A stretch of 63,379 nt of DNA, the filler included, from Phoronis australis (lineage: Eukaryota > Animalia > Phoronida), in assembly GCA_002633005.1 (NCBI GenBank). It is 3 parts of 3 records of this genome, joined end to end, with 100 filler letters (N's around TTAATTAATTAA, not from the genome) between each part and the next. Parts side by side here need not be neighbours in the genome. Positions count along the whole stretch, not along the records: positions 47,046 to 63,379 come from NMRA01000133.1; 2 more parts are not named here. One strand, given 5' to 3'. Made by a program: the position numbers and the translations under genes. The notes beneath the pieces were generated by a model. It did not search any database. It had not been told where the DNA came from and was given only the letters and a program-made list of their open reading frames with translations. This document shows positions 54,612 to 63,379 of this stretch, piece after piece. Position 1 is the stretch's first letter. The number at the start of each line of letters is the position of its first letter.

Positions 54612-56909
54612 AGTCACTGTTTGTTATATTGCCGATCGCAGACAGTATAAAATGGAGATAATCTCTAAATCAGCCTATATAATTCGAGAAAGTACGAATT
54701 AAGTTATTCGCTGGTTCAAGTCATGGAATCGTTTTTATATAACAATATGAAGAATATAACTACAAGTAAACAGGTTATTGGTCAAATGTGAGGCCTCTAT
54801 CCCCTCAATGGTCAACACAATTTCAGGAAGCGATTTGATAGGAAACATCCCATTCACAAAATATTCAGTGAAGAGCTTTTATTACAATAAAATTCTGCCA
54901 CCGTCGTTTATTCAAAAACTGCACTTACGTATAACATTTCTGCCATGTACGAAACACGAGAAATTAGGGTAACGCAATGTTAGCGTCATAATGTTAACTT
55001 TATCTTTTTTGTTGACGAGCGATATACGTGGAAGATTGTAGTAATTACACTCCGAAACCCTATAGTCGTCCGCCTAAGCATAAAACCGGCTTGTTGTCTT
55101 ACTCACCCAATTATTCCACTTCAAAGTTATGATCTGAATAGGACTTGATTTAACTCTCACAAATATATAGTATTCGTTGATTCAAACGTTTTCTTTTACT
55201 TAAGCCGAGTTGTTCAACTGTGCATTGGTTTTCGGCAGCCATTTTATAATGACACCTATGGTCGTCATGTGCTGCCGCCTTTTGAAAGGACAGAAAACCA
55301 CACAGAAAAAGGCCAAGAAAATAGTGGAAAGTGGTTTACAGCAACTCTACTTCAACCACAAACTGTTTTACTGGTATGATATCGATTTTTAAATCGATTA
55401 AAATTGATTTAGAATTTCAGTTCTGGAAAATAAATCACAATTGTTTTATTCCAGGCAGACCTTACTTATTTTGTATTTGTGACCTCTTTATTTGACTTTT
55501 TGCTCTTGTTGTTCTTAACATCACTTATCTCTGCTGTCCTTCTTTTTCTTTTCAGTTTCTCTTCATTCTCTGTTAACACCTTGTCAGCCAAAACAGAACT
55601 GTAAGCCTTTGAGACTTGGTAGGCGGAAGTTGATCATTGAACCTCGATACAATTGTTCTAATAAATTACCCATAATTGTATTGTTTGATTTTTTCTCATC
55701 TTTAACAGGCTTCTGCATTCATAAATAAATAAATAAATACCCAAGTTGCATTTGAATTTTATTGCTCAATCTCTTCTTTTATTTTTGATTATGTCATGCT
55801 GTGTTGTATGTAACAAATGCAATATAGTGAAATAAAGTCAATGTTTTACTTTATTGGTGGCCATTCTCTATCAATTCAAGTATTTTAATTTTCTTCAAAT
55901 AAATTCAAAATGCTTTAACCAAAATTTTCAACATAAATGTTGAGTTCAGTACTGTATTTTGCAATAAAAAAACAAGTGAACAATATTTTGATGACCAAGG
56001 CGTGGGCCGAAACTGTTAAGCACCCAGCGTGTTCCATTTGTCTGCTGCGTTTTTCCTTTGGCCTAACAGATGTCGGTTAGTGCCTGGGACAAATAGATAC
56101 ATTGCATAAACAATCCCTGGGTTGCTTTTTGTTCCGTCTGAAGAAAATTTAATTTCGAAAATATCTTCTGAAAATGAACAAAAAAGTGCATTAGTAAAAT
56201 CAACAAGTTTTTAAGTGGTCTCAAAAAAACAGTCGGTAAATGCATTAATTTTAGTCTCAGTTCTTCCACGCGTGTTTCTCCCGAGAGGTTAGTACCTAAC
56301 GTGCAGACGAGCGTTCCAAATTGGAACGCTAAGTCCCGCGTGGCAGCGCTGCACGCGAAACAAGATGGCGGACGACCTTTGGAGACTGACGACGAGAGGT
56401 AATCGGACTATACTTTTGACAGCAGGACATGCTAAGTGCGCGCTAGCTCGTAAGTCATTACACTGTTCACTAAGCCGTTCAGTGCGATGTCTTTAATGTC
56501 ACCGATAAAAATCACGAATTCTCCCGGTAAAAAATCGTATATCGTTCGTCAAAATTTACGACTAGCCGAAAGTCTCCGATTTGACTCCGTGTGAAAACGT
56601 TGTCAAGTTACGAAATCTTTGTAATAAGAGTTCAGCCCAGAAAGCGCTAGAAAGCATTATATTTGTTGAAAATAATGAAAAAAAAATTGAAACGAGACGA
56701 TTCTGTCTCATTTCTGTGTTCCTTTTATGCAATTTTTTTTGTAAAATTGTTGCTTGCAGATCAAAAGAGGACAAACATTGTATACAATTGTTTTGATCTA
56801 CGTAAATAATGTAGACCCAGATCTGAGGTGAAACGGCAGACGGACCTTTCTATAACTGGAACTTCTGATTGGAAGAAAATGCCTATTATCCTTTTGATGC
56901 GAGGCTTCG

Positions 56910-57050
56910 GTGGTATCATTTTAGGTTGCAAATCTTACCTTTCTAAAAAATTTTTTGATGTTCGTAATTCCTCCCAATGTACTTTGTGTAAGAAGGAACC
57001 TGAGACTTTGCTTTATTTATACTGACAATGTGATGTTCAAAACGTTTGAA
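56910..57050 (+). mobile_element. L1/Tx1-type LINE zf-RVT remnant
   Basis: ILGCKSYLSK...SSQCTLCKKEPETLLYLY*QC, a degenerate CxxC..ET..HL...C motif. Confidence 0.6.
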
Positions 57051-58054
57051 ACACTATAAGGAATTAGGTTAGAAACAGAACCAATGTCTTCCTGGCTACT
57101 GATGTGGTTACAGTTTTGTTAGCGACAAATGCCGGAAACCACCCCCTGGAAAACTTAATTTTATCCACTTATACAAGCAACGCCTCAGAGGTAAACTTCC
57201 AATTTATCGCAAAAAGAAATAAATCTGTGTTACTGTTCCATTTGTTCAAAAGTTTTAAAATTGGACAAGTTTACAAATAGGTGGTCAACAATGACAGAAT
57301 TAATAACACTGTAAAACTACATCTTCTTCAGAGATAATACATTACAAACCATTCTAGATACTCCTTGATACAAATTTTGTGCATTAAAACCGAGCTCAGA
57401 TGTACATTTTACTTTGGCTACACTAACTGGCTGTAAAGTGAGGTAAGGGAATCCCTCACTCGTCTTTGTCCTAGCTTGCTCATCTCTGAACTGGGAAAAT
57501 AAAGAAACTATTATTGTTTAGGCGTGTATTAATGTCAAGTACATCCTGACACAGTATATAAATTCTCAAGACGTTCAGACACCATTATCGGTACAGGTGA
57601 TAACTTCATTAGATGTTGACCTTTATAATTATCAATGAAAACTGGTTTGCTTGGCACAGGCCTTTAGTGTTGATATCGTTAGTATAATTCGCCGGACACC
57701 TCCTTGTCGCAGACACATTGGAATAAACACCCGAATTTTTCTCGAAGTGCGATCAAATCAAAAGACGTATATCTACAGTCTCTGATGTGAGTGAATTCAA
57801 TTCGCCCACTCGAAGCCACCTTCGTCCTCTATCGTCGGCCAGTGAAAACCACTTCGAGGTCAATACGGGTCAGTCAAGGTTATCATTCAATTGGGCGCGG
57901 CTGGCTCTAACAACAATCAGGACATTTACAACAAACAATTGAAGACTGAGGTTTGTTGGACCAACTGCTTATTAAAGGCTAATATAAGGGATTTTACATT
58001 TAGCTCCGTTTTGCTTTTTACGTTGATCTAAATTGCCATATCAGAGAACCCCGC

Positions 58055-58098
58055 ATGCATGACATCAGGAAGAGATATCTCTTCCTGATGACATGCAT
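58055..58098. repeat. 44-bp near-perfect palindrome
   Basis: ATGCATGACATCAGGAAGAGAT|ATCTCTTCCTGATGACATGCAT. Confidence 0.9.
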
Positions 58099-58849
58099 AC
58101 GCAGCCAGATCAGGAGAACTGGCTCCATGGTAACTGTCTCCGTTACCTCATCAACCAAAACCGCTCATAGGTTCGGGCGGGGACTGTTGTACAGGAGACC
58201 CACGGCCCCTTGCGCCGTCTTCTGTTGACCAACGCGGTGAGCTGCTCACGGAGCAGCGGCGACCCAATTAAGAGAAAATTTTGTAACCGACGGGCCTGCT
58301 CGTTGGGGAGCCGACAAAGAAGCCGGGATGGGAAACGACCCGCACCAGGGGGCCGAAGCGAGGCCCAGCCGCTCCTTTATCACCGCACTCGACACAGTAC
58401 GTAGTCCTGGAGGAAACAGTTTATACCAAGGACGACAATTTGCCATCATACATTATGCATGTCTAAGAAATGCATTTTGATGTAGTACCTGCGAGTGTCA
58501 ATCAGTTTGACCCCTTCCTATAACGCTTTGATATATATCATCGTATGTGAGCCCAATGAAGCAGTCTTATTCTTTGGCATGTAATCGCATCAACCTCGTC
58601 GTTATCTCCTTGCCATTCTCGTCAGGGATAAATACCAGAGTCCCCATTTGGTACCGAAACCCGATTATAAAGCCACATCTGACGCGATACTAACTGAGCG
58701 GTCTGCCTGTGCGGCGAACGCACTGATTAAGTCACCGACCAGTCTGTAACTTAATCCGGCAACCGAGCTCACATCCGAAGATCCGTCATCCACCCCGACC
58801 GGTTGGCGATCTTTAAAAAAAATAAAAACTTGACTTAGTCGGTGTCCTG

Positions 58850-58950
58850 AGGAGGCAGTGTGGCCTGGTTGATAAGTGCCCGCTTTCTTTACTCGGGGTC
58901 GTGGGTTCGAGTCCCACTAGGTCACACTGCTAAACCCTTGAGCCAGGTTT
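58850..58950 (+). mobile_element. tRNA-derived SINE head
   Basis: A-box-like TGGCCTGGTTGA (58861) and B-box GGTTCGAGTCC (58904-58914), followed by CCCTTGAGC, a motif common in SINE bodies. Confidence 0.65.
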
Positions 58951-59117
58951 CTCAGCTCCTCAGCTCGGTTTTAACGGTATATTAATAAAGCATAAAGATA
59001 ATTCCAGGTGATCAGTGCAATGGGCCCACATGCGAGGCCTGCACACGTCAGGTACAACGTGTATCAGACCGCTTGCAATTATTTTTTTATAGTCAGTGTC
59101 CTGGACAATCGCATAAG

Positions 59118-59274
59118 CAGGGGCGAACTCAAGATTTTGAGTTAGGAGGGGGCGGGGGGCGGATCAGTATTGGATTTTGCCCGTCACACATTCGCAACCC
59201 CAAAAACTGCCAAATGGATCCTGGAAGAATTTTAGTGGGGCCATGGCCCCTTGCTCCCTCTAAATCCGCCACTG
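59118..59274 (-). mobile_element. CAGTGG-family MITE, 5-bp TSD ATAAG
   Basis: ATAAG at 59113-59117 and 59275-59279. Reverse-oriented relative of 37633-37797. Confidence 0.85.
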
Positions 59275-60206
59275 ATAAGTATGGGGATCTTACAACCTAA
59301 AATGACACGAAGAAGAAAACATCAAAACCGCAGTATCAAAGAGCCCGACATCTTCAACTAGCTCCTCCATTCTGGGACAGTCTCTTCAAGACAATGTGAG
59401 CTGACAGGTGCGACATTGTGCCGCCTGAACACCGGGAATAATCTAATTAAAGCTCGTCACACTATGTAATAAAACATTCTGTACATGTCGTCTCAGTCCC
59501 CATTTTGTTGAAAGGTCATCAGCCCTGCTCACCAGGGCACATAGGCCAAGCGAGAGTCAAAGGGAGCAGGGTTTAGGAACTTGTAAAATGTCTCCGCGGC
59601 ACGAGGCTACAGTTCAGTCGGTGGCAAAAATCCCGGACTGGTTGGTGATAACGAAGATGAGACTTCTTTCTTAATTTATGTCTTACCCGGGTCAGCAGAA
59701 CATCAGTGTGAAGTTGATTTCACGCAGACCCCATCCTTTGCATAACCACCCAAGATACCACCCTCGTTCAGTTGCGGTAGCATTGATTTTCAATTAGACG
59801 CCCTAGTATACGTAAAACGTGTTTTACACCCTATCACTGCTGTGGATCAACTTCATTTTCCAGTGAGATAAAAGAAGTGCGGCTTGAGTTTACGAAGTAC
59901 ATGAGCATGCACTCCTTCTGTCTTGAGTAAAACTTGTCCGCAGTGATTGCTTGGTCAAATGAGTTAGAAACACAACATATATAGCGACGATGTGAACTAG
60001 GCTGAAAATTGTCATGCGTTTTTATGAGAACGAGTTGCGTGTCGAAGGTGACCCGCCGTAAATCACTCAATCGTGTACAATTAGTATCATGACGTGGCAT
60101 GGGCAGCCGAGCACTGAAAAAATGGGGGCTAGTAAAGGCCCCCATCACCGCTTTGGGACACCGCCCTTCAAGTTAGACCATGGGCGGTGCAGCACTGGTA
60201 AAGGAG

Positions 60207-61224
60207 CAGTGGCGGATCTAGGATATCACTAGGGGGGGCCAACATTTTTGTCCGGCTGTTAGCATTTGCGCAAACCACGATTGTAGATGCGCATAGCACC
60301 GAATGGGGGGAGGTCGGNNNNNNNNNNNNNNNNNNNNNNNNNNNNNNNNNNNNNNNNNNNNNNNNNNNNNNNNNNNNNNNNNNNNNNNNNNNNNNNNNNN
60401 NNNNNNNNNNNNNNNNNNNNNNNNNNNNNNNNNNNNNNNNNNNNNNNNNNNNNNNNNNNNNNNNNNNNNNNNNNNNNNNNNNNNNNNNNNNNNNNNNNNN
60501 NNNNNNNNNNNNNNNNNNNNNNNNNNNNNNNNNNNNNNNNNNNNNNNNNNNNNNNNNNNNNNNNNNNNNNNNNNNNNNNNNNNNNNNNNNNNNNNNNNNN
60601 NNNNNNNNNNNNNNNNNNNNNNNNNNNNNNNNNNNNNNNNNNNNNNNNNNNNNNNNNNNNNNNNNNNNNNNNNNNNNNNNNNNNNNNNNNNNNNNNNNNN
60701 NNNNNNNNNNNNNNNNNNNNNNNNNNNNNNNNNNNNNNNNNNNNNNNNNNNNNNNNNNNNNNNNNNNNNNNNNNNNNNNNNNNNNNNNNNNNNNNNNNNN
60801 NNNNNNNNNNNNNNNNNNNNNNNNNNNNNNNNNNNNNNNNNNNNNNNNNNNNNNNNNNNNNNNNNNNNNNNNNNNNNNNNNNNNNNNNNNNNNNNNNNNN
60901 NNNNNNNNNNNNNNNNNNNNNNNNNNNNNNNNNNNNNNNNNNNNNNNNNNNNNNNNNNNNNNNNNNNNNNNNNNNNNNNNNNNNNNNNNNNNNNNNNNNN
61001 NNNNNNNNNNNNNNNNNNNNNNNNNNNNNNNNNNNNNNNNNNNNNNNNNNNNNNNNNNNNNNNNNNNNNNNNNNNNNNNNNNNNNNNNNNNNNNNNNNNN
61101 NNNNNNNNNNNNNNNNNNNNNNNNNNNNNNNNNNNNNNNNNNNNNNNNNNNNNNNNNNNNNNNNNNNNNNNNNNNNNNNNNNNNNNNNNNNNNNNNNNNN
61201 NNGCCCCCCCTAAATCCGCCTATG
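60207..61224 (+). mobile_element. CAGTGGCGGATCTAG-family element spanning an N gap
   Basis: Left TIR at 60207; right end TAAATCCGCCTATG; flanks AGGAG/CGGAG. Confidence 0.55.
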
Positions 61225-62454
61225 CGGAGGGCTATAGCCCCCCAGCCGCCTATGGTGCGCCGCCCATGCGCGGTGTTGGGGAATAACAATGCACGATGCG
61301 GGTTACGTGAGCCCCCAAGGTACGTCATTAGTGGAAAGGTCAGCTGTGATGCAGAATTTTTTTCAGTTTTCACATTTACAAGTTGTCAACTGCACTTTGT
61401 TTAGCGTAAATTGTGTTTCAGTTGCATTGAAATTTAGTTCCTGTTATACATTAGCGTAGTTAGGAGCATGCAAATTAAGATTTTTTGTTTCTTAACTAAA
61501 ATGGGTATGTACGTAGATTCCAGGCTTGCAGTCAGATGTCGAGCCTACTCCGGCGATCAAACAGAGCAGCAGGCGTCAGTAACTGTGCCTTTGCTTCGGT
61601 TTTCAGTGGCGACCCCTATTGGCTTTATATCCGGAACCGAGAAAGCCATGTTCAACTTGATGAACCCTAGATACCAAATAAAATAAAGATTTAACGTGTC
61701 AGTGAAAAAGATCTGTTGTGCTAAATAATAGGAATTTCTGAAAATTTCTTTTACAGTCTTTCACTGTTGGGTTAAGTAGCGTTTTCTTTTTGTTTTTTTT
61801 TTAACTACAATGGCACGATTTCCAACCGATTTATTTTCTACCCGGCGGCAAATTACTTTGCAAACTGAAAGCTTGCAACCTATTACGGCAAATTTACAGG
61901 CGACGAAAACTCAGTTTCCGAACTTTTTGTGCGGGGTTTATATCACGTAGGTGACAATTTTCTCACACAACGAGTTAATTTTGTCTGCAGTATTTTTCAC
62001 CCAGGAAACGAAGTCTTCCGAATCTCGGTTACCACAGCACAAAATACTGGCATGGTCATATTCATATTGAATTTCACTATACAGTCAACATATGCAGTTG
62101 ACTTGTGGGCCAATAATATGCAATGATGTAATTATGGGTACCCTATCTGTTACATTACGTGCCATATTTGCAAACTTTTAACTGAAAGGTTACTTCGATC
62201 ATCAAGAAATCAGCTGGTCATTCACGATATCAGCAAAATCTAGACGTATTTTTATACTGCCCGTTCTCGTGGATATATGGAGACGAGCAGTTCACCCCCC
62301 AGACGTTTTGTCCAAAAGGTATTAAAATAGCGAAATTTATTTCTGAGGGTAACGTGTTTGCCTAGGGTTACTAGGTCCACACATACAACAATCCAGGCAA
62401 GTTACAGTCGGATCCGAGGGGGCCGCACCTTGTATCCCGTCACAACAACAAAAA

Positions 62455-63379
62455 ACAAGAGCAACGCAGAGCGTTGAAATGCGCCCACGAATACATCGCA
62501 AATGGTGTGCTTTTATGGTTATTTATTTGTATCATAAAAATGGCCACTAGATGGCGCAAAAACTTACAATCCATCAAAAAAACTGGAACATGCCATATTT
62601 CATAAAAATGTGTCAAGGAACTTCAGAAAAACAAAGGAAAACAGAATAAAATGAAATTGCCACTTAAGTGGAGCACAGTGTCCGTTGGATCCGCCTGAAA
62701 GTCGTTGAAATCTGTTATCTTCGTTACAACTACACTCACTAAATTTAATAAAAATCCTGCAGCGGTTTAGGAGATAGTTATGGACACAAAACAAAACAAA
62801 ATTACCACTAGGAGCAGCCACAGTAGTCAGTCGCCATCATAAAACGTCGCCCCCTTTACACTGAGAACATATATGCCATTTTTTAAAACCATCCCTAGAA
62901 TAATTTGGTTGATAGAAGGGTGGACGCCAAAAACAAGATTCGAAAAACAGCAAAAATGGCCACCAGGTGGCGCAAAATACCTCGATTCCATCCAAAACCA
63001 GGAGCATAGCGTCACCTCACCAATAGATGCCTACATGTATATTCAAAATTTTATGAAAATCTGTTGAGGACCTTTGAACATACAGAGTTAAACGTAAAAA
63101 ACTGAAATTGCCACTAGGGGGCAAACCAGCAGTCAGATCCGTCCGAAAGTTGTCGTCGTTCATTGCTTACATTATATGAATACACTTCCTAAATTTAGTA
63201 AAGATCCTGAGAACGGTTTAGGAGATACAGGCATAGGCGCAAAAAAAAAAACAAAACTGCGACTAGGAGGCGCCACAGTACTTGAAGTCGTCGGAAAATC
63301 ATCAGCCGTCCACTTCACAGTATGAACGTACATGCCAATTTTCAAAACCATTCCTCGAGCGGTTTGGTTGATAGAGGGG
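62455..63379 (+). mobile_element. Subrepeat-built interspersed element (Helentron/HINE-like organisation), runs off the window end
   Basis: Starts AACAAGAGCAACGCAGAGCGTTG (short palindrome). Degenerate units recur at about 420-460 bp spacing (CGGTTTAGGAGATA at about 62763 and 63214; TTTGGTTGATAGA at about 62904 and 63363). Confidence 0.55.

Noticed and set aside
58160-58212. Possible HDV-like ribozyme on the minus strand
   Set aside because: P1/P2-like pairings exist, but the L3/P1.1 and P4 elements do not fit the consensus.
58855-58925. tRNA gene
   Set aside because: A and B boxes are present but there is no proper acceptor or anticodon stem, and a SINE-type body follows. The same applies to 46105-46175.

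Overview
Animal genomic DNA, about 38% GC, with spliceosomal introns; probably a marine invertebrate (inference). Two 100-bp spacers (N44-TTAATTAATTAA-N44, at 27110-27209 and 46946-47045) look like artificial joins, so the window is best read as three separate pieces. Piece 1 holds NDUFAF6 (+, 8 exons seen), a convergent 6-exon C-factor/sniffer-type short-chain dehydrogenase (-, complete, about 250 aa), and a divergent, 3'-truncated C2H2 zinc-finger gene (+). One splice acceptor of that gene is present in four tandem copies. Piece 2 is mostly transposon debris (THAP remnants, nested insertions, a TTAA foldback element, a LINE 3' end) plus a disrupted DxD type-II membrane, glycosyltransferase-like gene. 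Piece 3 holds an alpha-tubulin (+), an orphan ShKT-domain terminal exon (-), SINE/LINE fragments and a subrepeat element rich in CTCF-like motifs. hAT-like elements with atypical 5-bp and 6-bp target-site duplications recur across the window. No prokaryotic-type system (CRISPR, operon) is present.
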